Below, piece after piece: positions 12,451-25,400 of a DNA stretch of 64,000 bases. A program made the translations under genes and the position numbers. The notes beneath the pieces were generated by a model. That model made no database searches and was not told the DNA's origin. It saw only the letters and a program-made list of their open reading frames with translations. The stretch covers positions 221,278,001-221,342,000 of the forward strand of contig OZ024740.1 in the NCBI GenBank assembly GCA_964016885.1. Direction: 5' to 3'. The DNA comes from Eledone cirrhosa. Lineage: Eukaryota. Within the stretch, counting starts at the first letter, position 1, and the number at the start of each line of letters is the position of its first letter.

Positions 12451-12690
12451 AAGTCAAAGTGATCCCGATTGTCATAGGCGCACTGGGGACTATCTCCAAA
12501 AGTTTCCAGGGATGGTTAAAGAAAATCGGCCCCTTCACGCTTTTTGGAACGCTTCAAAAGGCATGCTTGCTTGGAACAGCAAGAACCCTCCGATACGTCC
12601 TGAATATCTGAGGCTGCAGGTAGTGGCTTGATATTCAATCCAACGGACTTTCCACTTAACCAACATCAATGACTGAGATTCAAGGAATAA
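12451..12690 (+). mobile_element. R4/Dong family C, 240-bp 3' fragment (copy C0)
   Basis: Nearly identical to 21107-21345; (TAA)n on both sides. Confidence 0.95.
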
Positions 12691-12694
12691 CAAC

Positions 12695-12726
<32 letters not shown>

Positions 12727-15700
12727 GAAACAAAGTCAGCGAAGGGAAACAAAGTCAGCGAAGGGAAACAAAGTCAGCGAAGGGAAAATTGATCAGATCA
12801 AGCTATTAGCACAAAGTCAGCGAAGGGAAAATGAAACATGTGTCAGTGAAAACGAGGTAAACTGTAACACTTCGAATACCAGGGTTGGGGCGGAATCACT
12901 GGCAACAGAACAAATTAAAGAAAGGATCGAAAAAGTGGAGGGAGTGCATGCTCAGGATGAAACTCCAAATGAAAATAATGAGATCGTAAATGATAAAGAA
13001 ATGAATGAGAATGAACTTGCCAACTTGAAGGATGAAATTATGATCGAATGGATGAAAATGAAAGAATCTGACATGGGGCAACGAGACACCCTCCCTAAGA
13101 TCCAGAACTCCAAACAGAACCAAAAGATAATACACAAGACTAACATAATTCTCAAAAACATTATCATCACAAACAAACTAAACATTACTGATTTAAATCA
13201 TCTCTATTATGCATCGGCTAAAGTCACCACTCACTTATGTGGAGTGAAGATGAAAAAACAAAGGAATTCCCACAAGAAATCTACTTGGCAAGAGAACATC
13301 AATCGCCAAATAAACCTTCTCCGATCTGACATAGAAATTTTAACAAACTATAAAGTAGGTGAACATGTTAAACAAACTAAACTTAGAAAATTGAAAAAAA
13401 AGTACAGTATAAAATCAACATGTGACATAGACATGCTGATAGAAATAATCAAGCAAAAAGTGTCGGCCAAAGCTGCTCGTATAAGGCGCTTTGAAAAACG
13501 ATCTAGATTTTATAAGGACAATAATATGTTCAAAAACAACCAAAGAAACTTCTACAGAAAAATTGGTAAGTCGACAATAACTGCTAAATCAATACCACCC
13601 AAGGAGGAAGTGCAAGAATTCTGGGAAAAGATCTGGGCCGAAGAAAAAAGTTCATAACATACATGCCCCATGGATAGACAGACAAATGAAAGATACAGCT
13701 CACCTTGAGGAACAAACATGAGAAAATATAACAGTTGAACAGTTGCGCTTGGCTCTAAGAAAAACCAGCAAATGGAAATCCCCAGGAAAAGACAAAATAC
13801 AAAACTTTTGGATAAATGCCTTCACAGAGTCTCATGAGCTGTTAGCCCAACTTTACAATGAAATAGTTAAGGAGCCAGAAAAGATACCTTCATGGCTAGT
13901 TAACGGCATTACATTCCTGCTTCCGAAGAATGATGAGACAAACAATCCCAAAAATTACAGACCGATAACTTGCTTGACCACAATGTATAAAATTTTAACA
14001 TCAGTCCTAACTGAATACACATATGACCACCTGATAACAAATGACCTATTTCCCATTGAGCAGAAAGGGTGTAAACGAGGCTCATATGGCTGTATGGATC
14101 AGCTTCTGGTTAACAAAATGATACTGGAAGATTGTCATAATAGACACAAAAATCTATCGATTGCTTGGATAGATTATAAAAAAGCATTTGATAGTTTGCC
14201 ACACAGTTGGATTGAAAAATGTTTAGAGATTTTCAAAATATCCCCCGTTGTCAGGAGGTTTTTGTCATTCAGTATGAAGACATGGAAAACGACACTCCTT
14301 TTGAATAGTGAAACAAAATCACTGGAAGCTGGAGAAGTTAATATTAATTGTGGAATTTTTCAGGGTGACTCTTTATCACCGCTTTTATTCTGCATCGCAC
14401 TTATACCATTAAGTAAAATGCTCAATGAAACAAAACATGGATATAAAGTCTATGACAAAACCATTAATCACCTGTTCTACATGGATGACCTGAAACTATT
14501 TGCAAAAAATGATGAACAATTGCAAGGGCTATTATCCACTGTGAAGCAGTTCGGTGATGACATTAAAATGGAGTTTGGACTAGATAAATGCGCCAAAACA
14601 ACATTCACCAGAGGAAAGCTGCTGAAGAGTTCAGACATTAATCTTGTTCGGGGGAACGTGATAAGAGAACTTGATCAAGAAAAAACTTACAAATATCTAG
14701 GTGTTTGTGAAGGAGACGAAATCAAGCACTCGACAATGAGGGAAAGGATAAGGAAGGAATGTTACCGCAGAGTAAGAGCAATCTTGAGAACGGAATTGAA
14801 TGCAAGGAATAGGATCGATGCCATAAACACGCTTGTCATACCAGTAGTAACCTACAGTTACAATGTCATCAACTGGTCAAGCACAGAGATCCGTAGGCTC
14901 GATACAAAAATTTGAAAATTCTTAACCATGCACAGAATGCATCACCCTAAGGCAGATATAGCTAGAATATATCTCCCTAGGAAAGAAGGAGGACGTGGGT
15001 TAATCCAGTTAGACATTGCGTTGAAAACTGCAACAATTGGATTATCTACATATCTAAGGGAATCACATGATTGGATGATCAAACTCGTTTTGAAACACGA
15101 AAGCATCAAAAGATCATATTCCATTACAAAAGATGCACAAAGATACAGTAATGGACTACAAATTTCAGAAGTCCCATTTACTGCTGAAATGGAAAACACA
15201 GAAAAAGCAAAGCAGGTAAAAGTAACTGCAAAGAAAGAACTGCTACAGAAACTGGCTAAGAAATGGCAAGAAAAGCCTCTGTATGGAAAATACCCAGAGC
15301 GAGCTAACAATCCTGATGTTGACAAAACTTTAACCCATCAGTGGTTGGCATCCTCTGGACTGAAATCGGAGACTGAAGGACTGATTATATCGGCACAAGA
15401 TCAGTGTCTGCCAACAAAAAATTACCAAGCCAACATAATAAAAAATGGGTGCAGCCCATTATGCCGTGTATGCAAAAAACAACCAGAGACCATTGACCAT
15501 ATAATTTCAATGTGCAGTCCTATAGCTCCAACCGAATACCTAAACAGGCATGACAGAGCTGCACAATACATACATTGGATAATGTGTAAGCATTTTGACC
15601 TGCCCCATCAAAAGAATTGGTGGGAGCATCAACCACCTCCCATACTTGAAAAAGATCACATCTCAATCTTGTGGAACTTTAGCATCCAAACAGACCGAAA

Positions 15701-16172
15701 AATAGATGCAAACAGACCTGATATAATATTGAAAGACTTTCAAAAGAGGGTATGCCTGCTAATTGATATGTCTGTTCCAATAGACAAGAATGTATCTATA
15801 AAAACATATGAAAAATTGAGCAAGTATAAGGACCTGGAGATAGAAATTGGAAAAATGTGAAAATTGAGAACTAAAACAATACCAGTGGTTGTAGACGCTC
15901 TGGGAATGATACCTAAGGGGTCTAATGATTACTTATCGCAAATCCCAGGAAACCCGCGTATAGGAGAAATACAAAAGATAGTACTAATGGGAACTGCCCA
16001 TATACTAAGGAAGATTCTGTCAATATAAGTACATCACAAGTCTAAACACTAAAGATGCATGTGTGAATATGTATGTTCTTTCTTGAACATGGCGGACCTT
16101 GTTGTCTCTTGAGGTCACTGGTTGTGACTTGGTGATAACTCGTATGAACATAAAGCAAGATAAATGCAACTG
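12727..16172 (+). mobile_element. R4/Dong-clade retrotransposon family B, 5'-truncated, ORF disrupted; in (TAA)n
   Basis: KSPGKD, NYRPITCL, DYKKAFDSLPH, GIFQGDSLSP, FYMDDLKLF, CRVC..ETIDHIISMC, RHD, RPD..D..EK endonuclease; a frameshift near 13655 and TGA stops at ~13719, 14913 and 15858; 3' end runs into (TAA)n. Confidence 0.95.
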
Positions 16173-16188
16173 TAATAATAATAATAAT

Positions 16189-16263
16189 AATTGTTTCTAC
16201 TTTAGGCACAAGGCCAGCAATTACCCAGTGCATTACTGGTACTTTATTTTATCGACCCCGTAA
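16189..16263 (-). mobile_element. SINE 3' fragment between TAA tracts
   Basis: Reverse complement of GGGGTCGATAAAATAAAGTACCAG...AGTAGAAACAAT. Confidence 0.85.
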
Positions 16264-16279
16264 ATAATAATAATAATAT

Positions 16280-17805
16280 ATCACCTCCTCTTCATGGCCG
16301 ATCTTAAGCTCTTCGGGAAGAGTGAGAAGGAGTTGGATATGCTTGTTGACACTGTCCGTATTTTCAGCAATGATATATGTATGCGATTTGGTATTAGTAA
16401 GTGTGGAGTCCTTGTGATGAAGAGGGGTAAATTGAGCAGAAGCAACGGAATCCAGGTACCAACAGGTGAGATGATAAAGGAAATTGACACTGAAGAAGGA
16501 TACAAATATTTGGGTGTTCTGGAGGCTGATGACACCAAGAACAAAAAAATGAAGGAATTGATAAGATCTGAATAAATTCGGAGAGTAAGGAGCGTATTAA
16601 AGTCACATCTGAACAGTAGGAATGCCATAAGTGCAGTAAATTCCCGAGCTGTGTCTATTATTAGGTACAGTGCGGGAATTCTGAGATGGAATGTTGCTGA
16701 ACAAAAAGAAATGGATAGGAAGACTAGGAAAGTATTGACTATCTACAACATGTTCCACAAGAGGAGTGATGTCGATAGACTCTACTTAAGGAGATCTGAA
16801 GGTGGAAGAGGTCTTATCAGCATAGAGGACTGTGTTCAGATGGAGAAAAACAACCTACACAAATACGTGACTGATAGTAAGGAGCCAATGCTCAGAATTG
16901 TACTGAAGGAGAGGAAAATAGCCATGGGGATGTCCAAGAAGGAAATAACAACAAGGAGAAAGAGCAGCCTTCATGAAAAATCCCTTCATAGTACCTTCTT
17001 TGAGAAAACTGAATATCAGAGATCCACAGACATGGAACTGGTTGAAAAGAGGAGACCTTAAAAAGGCTACAGAAGGAATGCTAATGGCTGCGCAAGAGCA
17101 GGCCCTCAAAACGAAGTGGTTGAAACACCATATTTACAAGGAGGAGGCTAGCCCACTGTGCAGGATCTGTAGAGAGAGAGGAGACTGTGGCTTACATTGT
17201 AAACGAGTGTAAACACCTAGCCCAGACTCACTATAAGGGCTGGAGACATGATGTGATGGGCAGGGTGATCCACTGGCACCTATGCAAAGTAAACAATTTA
17301 CCACATTCTGAGAAGTGGTACGAGCATAAACCAGAGTCGGTGATAGAAAACGATCAGGTGAAGGTGCTGTGGGATTTTAGGATACAGACGGACAAGAAAC
17401 TGGAACACAATAGACCTGACCTGGTGGTTTTGGACAAGGAAAAAATATCGTGCCTGATTGTGGATGTGGCCTGCCCATTCGACACGAGAGTGCAAAAGAA
17501 GGAGAGGGAGAAAATTAACCGATACCAGGACTTAAAGTGGGAGGTAAAAAGGATTTGGAACTGCTATGAAGTCAAAGTGGTCCCGATTGTCATAGGCGCA
17601 CTAGGTACTATCTCAAAAAGTTTCCAGGGATGGTTAAAGAAAATTGGCCCCGCCACGCTTTTTGGAACGCTTCAAAAGGCATGCTTGCTGGGAACAGCAA
17701 GAACCCTCCGATACGTCCTGAATATCTGAGGCTGCAGGTACTGGCTTGATATTCATTTCAACAAACTTTCCAATTAACTAACATCAATGACTGAGACTCA
17801 AAGAA
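16280..17805 (+). mobile_element. R4/Dong family C, 5'-truncated diverged copy (C1), inactivated
   Basis: Colinear with 19815-21340; FMDD changed to FMAD, stop at 16573, frameshifts; (TAA)n on both sides. Confidence 0.95.
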
Positions 17806-17806
17806 C

Positions 17807-17863
<57 letters not shown>

Positions 17864-17864
<1 letters not shown>

Positions 17865-20800
17865 TGACGTCATGTGACAATAGAACGTCATGTGACAGAC
17901 TCTCACCCAACAGGTGCCCCCTGGCTCAGCAGCAGGAACCTGACTGTCAACCAAATACTGCTGATGTTGGAGGAAGGAGAAGAAGGAAAGGGGCCAGAAC
18001 CAACTGGACGAAAGAATTGAATAGAACTGTTATGCAATGCTACCTGAAAAGTAACCCCAAGGAGAGGGGCTACAGGAGACGGATGCATAACATCTGGAAC
18101 GAGATTGGTTTATTTAAATTAGATGAACAAAAATTGGCCGGGCAGGCTCGGGTAATAAGAACTAATGGGTGGATAAGCGAGCTGGAACTGGAGGAACTGA
18201 GCAGAGAGAATGGCTTGGAGATGGCGGGTGTAGTATGCCAGACAAGCGAGCCAGAGGGAAATGAAGGTGAAGAGGTCCTGAGAACGGAGGAACCACCCGA
18301 AGCAGACAATGATCTGAATACTGAGATAAATAATACCTGGAACAGAGATACGGCCACTGAGGAGATGAATGCTGACGGGCTAGGACAAGATTCGGTTGAC
18401 ATCCTAAATTTAGTGGTAGATGAATTGAACAATGATAGTGGGAGACCTATGAACCTAAGATTTGTAGACAGGAAAAAGTTAAAAGAAACAACAGCTAAGG
18501 TAAACAAAGTCATCCCATACCTTGAGGCGAGGAGCCTTCACCAGTGCAACAATATCCTCAGAGCAACAGCAAATACGGTGAGGAAACTACTTGGTATAAA
18601 AGCGAGAGGAAACAACAGACAAGAAAGAGCAGAGCCGTGGTGGAAGAAGCGACTGAGTGGGCAAATCGGGGAAATGAGAAATGACATAGGAAAGCTTGAG
18701 TCACTACTGAATGGGACACTAAAAAACATAGGCACTAAAAATAGACTGGAAATAAAATACAAAACTAGGAGGAAAAAGCTAAATATTATCATAGAGGAAT
18801 TGAAGCAACGCATTGTAGCAAAGAGTGCAAAAATCAGGCGATACGAGAACAGAGTCAGCCAGTATAAACAGAACCGCATGTTCGACAACAACAAGAAGAT
18901 GCTGTTTGGACAGCTTGAGGGCAAAGAAAGAGGCAACGACTTGATCCCTGGGGCGGAGCAAACTAAAACATTCTGGAGAGGAATATGGGAGCAGGATGTT
19001 AGACACTATGCCCAGGCAGGGTGGATTGAGACAGTACAGAGGGAGATCGGTGAGCAGGCACAGCAACAGACTGATTTGAGTATCACAGTTGAAACTCTTA
19101 AGGGGCAAGCCAAAAAACTAACCAACTGGAAATCACCAGGCCCAGATGGTGTGCAGGGGTATTGGATTAAACATCTAACATCCCTCCACCCGAAGCTGAC
19201 GGCCATGTTCAATGACTGCTTGGTGTCGGGTGAGGTGCCAGAGTGGTTGACAAAAGGTACCACAGTTCTGATAATGAAAGACCGAATCAAGGGTAATGAT
19301 GCTACCAACTATAGACCTATCACATGTCTGCCCGTAATGTGGAAACTGTTGACGAGCATTGTGTCTGAGGAAATCTACCATCACCTCCACACAAACAACT
19401 TGTTACCGGACGAACAGAAAGGATGCCGAAAGAAGTCACGTGGTACAAAGGACCAGTTGCTTATTGATAAGATGGTAATGGGGAATTGCAGGAGGAGACA
19501 CACTGATCTTGCCATGGGATGGATAGACTACAGAAAGGCATTTGACATGGTGCCTCATTCCTGGATCACCAAAAGCCTGGAGATCTTCAGGGTGGCAGAT
19601 AACATCAGACAGTTGCTAGGCAGGAGTATGGGGTCCTGGGAGACAGAGTTGACATCAACTGGAGTATCCTTGGGAAGCGTGAAGATCAAGAGAGGTATCT
19701 TCCAGGGAGATAGCCTGTCCCCTCTGTTGTTTGTCCTTGCCCTGATGCCCTTGACCATTATGCTGCGAAAAGTGAGAGCAGGATACAAGTTGGGAAGGGG
19801 AGAGCTTACCATCAATCACCTCCTCTTCATGGACGATCTTAAGCTCTTCGGGAAAAGTGAGAAGGAGTTGGATGTGCTTGTTGACACTGTCCGTATTTTC
19901 AGCAGTGATATATGTATGCAGTTTGGTATTGGTAAATGTGGAGTCATTGTGATGAAGAGGGGTAGGTTGAGCAGAAGTAACGGGATCCAGATACCAACAG
20001 GTGAGATGATAAAGGAAATTGACTCTGAGGAAGGATACAAGTATTTGGGCGTTCTGGGGGCTGATGGCATAAAGAACAAAAAAATGAAGGAATTGTTAAG
20101 AACTGAATACATTCGGAGAGTAAGGAGCGTATTGAAGTCACATCTGAACAGCAGAAATGCCATAAGCGCAGTAAATTCCCGAGCTGTGTCTATTATTAGG
20201 TACAGTGCGGGAATTCTGAGATGGAATGTTGCTGAACAGAAAGAAATGGATAGGAAGACTAGGAAGCTATTGACTATCTACAACATGTTCCACAGGAGGA
20301 GTGATGTCGATAGACTCTACCTAAGGAGATCTGAGGGTGGAAGAGGTCTTATCAGCATAGAGGACTGTGTTCAGATGGAGAAAAACAACCTATACAAATA
20401 CGTGACCTATAGTAAGGAGCCAATGCTCAGAGCTGTACTGAAGGGGGGGACAGTAGGCCAGGGGATGTCCAGGGAGGAAATAACATCATGGAGGAAGAGC
20501 AGCCTTAAGGGAAAACCCCTTCATAGTACCTTCTTTGAGAAAACTGAATTTAGAGATCCACAGACATGGAACTGGTTGAGAAGAGGAGACCTCAAAAAGG
20601 CTACAGAAGGAATGCTAATGGCTGCGCAGGAGCAGGCCCTCAAAACGAAGTGGTTGAAGCACCATATCTACAAGGAGGAGGCCAGCCCACTGTGCAGGAT
20701 CTGTGGAGAGAGAGAGGAGACTGTGGCTCACATTGTGTCCGAGTGTAAACACCTAGCCCAGACCCACTATAAGGGCTGGAGACACGATGTGATGGGCAGG

Positions 20801-21265
20801 GTGATCCACTGGCACCTGTGCAAAGTAAACAATCTACCACATTCTGAGAAATGGTATGAGCATAGGCCAGAGGCGGTGATGGAGAACAATCAGGTGAAGG
20901 TGCTGTGGGATTTTAGGATACAGACGGACAAAAAACTGGAACACAATAGACCTGACCTGGTGGTTGTGGACAAAGAAAAAAGATCGTGCCTGATTGTGGA
21001 TGTGGCCTGCCCGTTCGACACGAGAGTGCAAGAGAAGGAGAGGGAGAAAATTAACCGATACCAGGACCTAAAGTGGGAGGTGAAAAGGATTTGGAACTGC
21101 CATGAAGTCAAAGTGATCCCGATTGTCATAGGCGCACTGGGGACTATCTCCAAAAGTTTCCAGGGATGGTTAAAGAAAATCGGCCCCTTCACGCTTTTTG
21201 GAACGCTTCAAAAGGCATGCTTGCTTGGAACAGCAAGAACCCTGCGATACGTCCTGAATATCTGA
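17864..21265 (+). CDS. Intact RT-RLE polyprotein of R4/Dong family C (copy C2), 1133 aa
   Basis: Uninterrupted ORF with R4/Dong-type N-terminal domain (NWTKELN..CYLKS..GYRRRMHNIW), SPGPDG, NYRPITCL, DYRKAFDMVPH, GIFQGDSLSP, FMDD, CRIC..ETVAHIVSEC, RHD, RPD..D..EK..Y. Confidence 0.96.
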
Positions 21266-21341
21266 GGCTGCAGGTAGTGGCTTGATATTCAATCCAACGG
21301 ACTTTCCAGTTAACCAACATCAATGACTGAGATTCAAGGAA
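17864..21341 (+). mobile_element. R4/Dong family C copy C2, flanked by (TAA)n
   Basis: ORF plus ~75-nt 3' UTR; TAA tracts at 17806-17863 and 21342-21390. Confidence 0.95.
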
Positions 21342-21351
21342 TAACAATAAC

Positions 21352-21390
<39 letters not shown>

Positions 21391-21391
<1 letters not shown>

Positions 21392-22250
21392 TAGGGAAGA
21401 AGACGCACGAGGTGACGGAGGTCATGAAATCGCTCCCGTAAGTTTTGAATTTTTAACATATTTAAATCATTTATGAAATAACAACTCTTAGTACAAATGC
21501 TACGTAAAGCACCCGGCTTGAGCCCCAAAAAATTCGGACCCAAAATATATTGTTATAAGGCTCAAATATTCAAATATTCAACTTTGTATTGTACACTGTA
21601 TATCCAAAAAAGAAAATGGCTATAAATGGAAGAAGAAACCCCCCCCTCCTCCTCTGTCTACACTATATAGAACAGCCAAACTCACCAACACCAGAAACTA
21701 GATACACCACCCACCCCATCACCTGTGTACACTAAACCACCACCGCTCACTACGGCCATCATTACAACCATTATCCCATCACCGCCGCCACCACCCCTTC
21801 ACTCCTTCACTGCTACCACCGCTACAGCACCATCACTACAGTAATACGGTCACATCACCGCCACCACTGCCTCGGTATCGACATCACCACCACCACTGTC
21901 ACAGTATCGCTACCGCCGCCAGTCTCCCACTCTCCAGGCTGGCTGCTGCCACCACATTATAGAATCCCTACTGCTAAAAAAGAGGAAGGCATCAAAATAT
22001 ATAGATAGACTCAAAAGAAAAAAGAAAAAACAAACAACAAAACCAAAGCAGCACAGCAACAACAGCAAAAAACGAGAAAAACAAACAGAGAAAAACAAAA
22101 AAAAAACACCCCCCCCCCCAAAAAAAAAAACGTAAAGAAAATAAGAATGAAGAGAGAAGCAGGCGGACGGACAGAGAAGAGGGGGGGAAATCTAAAACTT
22201 AAAAAACAAAAACTAAGTCAGACATTCGAACACTACATTACAATGAAACT
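21391..22250 (+). mobile_element. Probable 5' part (5' UTR + decayed low-complexity ORF1 start) of an L1/Tx1-like element
   Basis: Shares TTGAGCCCCAAA (21518) and a downstream ATGGCT (21616) with the 5' UTR/ORF1 start of the 7755-12427 element; Pro/Thr-rich then Lys-rich coding-like composition. Confidence 0.45.
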
Positions 22251-22445
22251 TATGCTTATTCATTTTTGGGGCCCTTTCTGCCTGTGTGTTTGTTTGTTTA
22301 TGTGTGTTCGTATACAGCGTGGTGATAATGCCACACAAGAGCCAAGTGGAATGGCGGATCCACAGATGGATATGTAACCATACATTCGCCAATCCTCGAT
22401 AAGAGTGTTTAAATATCGAACATAAACAGTTCGAATAACGGTGAA

Positions 22446-25400
22446 ATGGAGACTAGAACGTCATGTGACAGACTCTCACCCAACAGGTGCCCCCTGGCTC
22501 AGCAGCAGGAACCTGACTGTCAACCAAATACTGCTGATGTTGGAGGAAGGAGAAGAAGGAAAGGGGCCAGAACCAACTGGACGAAAGAATTGAATAGAAC
22601 TGTTATGCAATGTTACCTGAAAAGTAACCCCAAGGAGAGGGGCTACAGGAGACGGATGCATAACATCTGGAACGAGATTGGTTTATTTAAATTAGATGAA
22701 CAAAAATTGGCCGGGCAGGCTCGGGTAATAAGAACTAATGGATGGATAGGCGAGCTGGAACTGGAGGAACTGAGCAGAGAGAATGGCTTGGAGATGGCGG
22801 GTGTAGTATGCCAGACAAGCGAGCCAGAGGGAAATGAAGGTGAAGAGGTCCTGAGAACGGAGGAACCACCCGAAGCAGACAATGATCTGAATACTGAGAT
22901 AAATAATACCTGGAACAGAGATACGGCCACTGAGGAGATGAATGCTGACGGGCTAGGACAAGATTCGGTTGACATCCTAAATTTAGTGGTAGATGAATTG
23001 AACAATGATAGTGGGAGACCTATGAACCTAAGATTTGTAGACAGGAAAAAGTTAAAAGAAACAACAGCTAAGGTAAACAAAGTCATCCCATACCTTGAGG
23101 CGAGGAGCCTTCACCAGTGCAACAATATCCTCAAAGCAACAGCAAATACGGTGAGGAAACTACTTGGTATAAAAGCGAGAGGAAACAACAGACAAGAAAG
23201 AGCAGAGCCGTGGTGGAAGAAGCGACTGAGTGGGCAAATCGGGGAAATGAGAAATGACATAGGAAAGCTTGAGTCACTACTGAATGGGACACTAAAAAAC
23301 ATAGGCACTAAAAATAGACTGGAAATAAAATACAAAACTAGGAGGAAAAAGCTAAATATTATCATAGAGGAACTGAAGCAACGCATTGTAGCAAATAGTG
23401 CAAAAATCAGGCGATACGAGAACAGAGTCAGTCAGTATAAACAGAACCGCATGTTCGACAACAACCAGAAGATGCTGTTTGGACAGCTTGAGGGGAAAGA
23501 AAGAGGCAACGACTTGATCCCTGGGGCGGAGCAAACTAAAACATTCTGGAGAGGAATATGGGAGCAGGATGTTAGACACAATGCCCAGGCAGGGTGGATT
23601 GAGACAGTACAGAGGGAGATCGGTGAGCAGGCACAGCAACAAACTGATTTGAGTATCACAGTTGAAACTCTTAAGGGGCAGGCCAAAAAACTAACCAACT
23701 GGAAATCACCAGGCCCAGATGGTGTGCAGGGGTATTGGATTAAACATTTAACATCCCTCCACCCGAAGCTGACGGCCATGTTCAATGACTGCTTGGTGTC
23801 GGGTGAGGTGCCAGAGTGGTTGACAAAAGGTACCACAGTTCTGATAATGAAAGACCGAATCAAGGGTAATGATGTTACCAACTATAGACCTATCACATGT
23901 CTGTCCGTAATGTGGAAACTGTTGACGAGCATTGTGTCTGAGGAAATCTACCATCACCTCCACACAAACAACTTGTTACCGGACGAACAGAAAGGATGCC
24001 GAAAGAAGTCACGTGGTACAAAGGACCAGTTACTTATTGATAAGATGGTAATGGGGAATTGCAGGAGGAGACACACTGATCTTGCCATGGGATGGATAGA
24101 CTACAGAAAGGCATTTGACATGGTGCCTCATTCCTGGATCACCAAAAGCCTGGAGATCTTCAGGGTGGCAGATAACATCAGACAGTTGCTAGGCAGGAGT
24201 ATGGGGTCCTGGGAGACAGAGTTGACATCAACTGGAGTATCCTTGGGAAGCGTGAAGATCAAGAGAGGTATCTTCCAGGGAGATAGCCTGTCCCCTCTGT
24301 TGTTTGTCTTTGCCCTGATGCCCTTGACCATTATGCTGCGAAAAGTGAGAGCAGGATACAAGTTGGGAGGGGGAGAGCTTACCATCAATCACCTCCTCTT
24401 CATGGACGATCTTAAGCTCTTCGGGAAAAGTGAGAAGGAGTTGGATGTGCTTGTTGACACTGTCCGTATTTTCAGCAGTGATATATGTATGCAGTTTGGT
24501 ATTGGTAAATGTGGAGTCATTGTGATGAAGAGGGGTAGGTTGAGCAGAAGTAACGGGATCCAGATACCAACAGGTGAGATGATAAAGGAAATTGACTCTG
24601 AGGAAGGATACAAGTATTTGGGCGTTCTGGAGGCTGATGGCATAAAGAACAAAAAAATGAAGGAATTGTTAAGAACTGAATACATTCGGAGAGTAAGGAG
24701 CGTATTGAAGTCACATCTGAACAGCAGAAATGCCATAAGCGCAGTAAATTCCCGAGCTGTGTCTATTATTAGGTACAGTGCGGGAATTCTGAGATGGAAT
24801 GTTGCCGAACAAAAAGAAATGGATAGGAAGACTAGGAAGCTATTGACTATCTACAACATGTTCCACAAGAGGAGTGATGTCGATAGACTCTACCTAAGGA
24901 GATCTGAGGGTGGAAGAGGTCTTATCAGCATAGAGGACTGTGTTCAGATGGAGAAAAACAACCTATACAAATACGTGACCTATAGTAAGGAGCCAATGCT
25001 CAGAACTGTACTGAAGGAGGGGACAGTAGGCCAGGGGATGTCCAAGGAGGAAATAACATCAAGGAGGAAGAGCAGCCTTAAGGGAAAATCCCTTCATAGT
25101 ACCTTCTTTGAGAAAACTGAATTTAGAGATCCACAGACATGGAACTGGTTGAGAAGAGGAGACCTCAAAAAGGCTACAGAAGGAATGCTAATGGCTGCGC
25201 AGGAGCAGGCCCTCAAAACGAAGTGGTTGAAGCACCATATCTACAAGGAGGAGGCTAGCCCACTGTGCAGGATCTGTGGAGAGAGAGAGGAGACTGTGGC
25301 TCACATTGTGTCCGAGTGTAAACACCTAGCCCAGACCCACTATAAGGGCTGGAGACACGATGTGATGGGCAGGGTGATCCACTGGCACCTGTGCAAAGTA

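Noticed and set aside
13700-15860. Selenocysteine or readthrough at the three in-frame TGA codons of family B
   Set aside because: They sit where Trp (TGG) or Arg (CGA) is expected from homologs, i.e. ordinary transitions, and a frameshift is also present
22380-22445. HDV-like ribozyme in the leader of C3 (TCCTCG motif)
   Set aside because: I could not build P1/P3 pairings around the motif by hand; a covariance search would be needed
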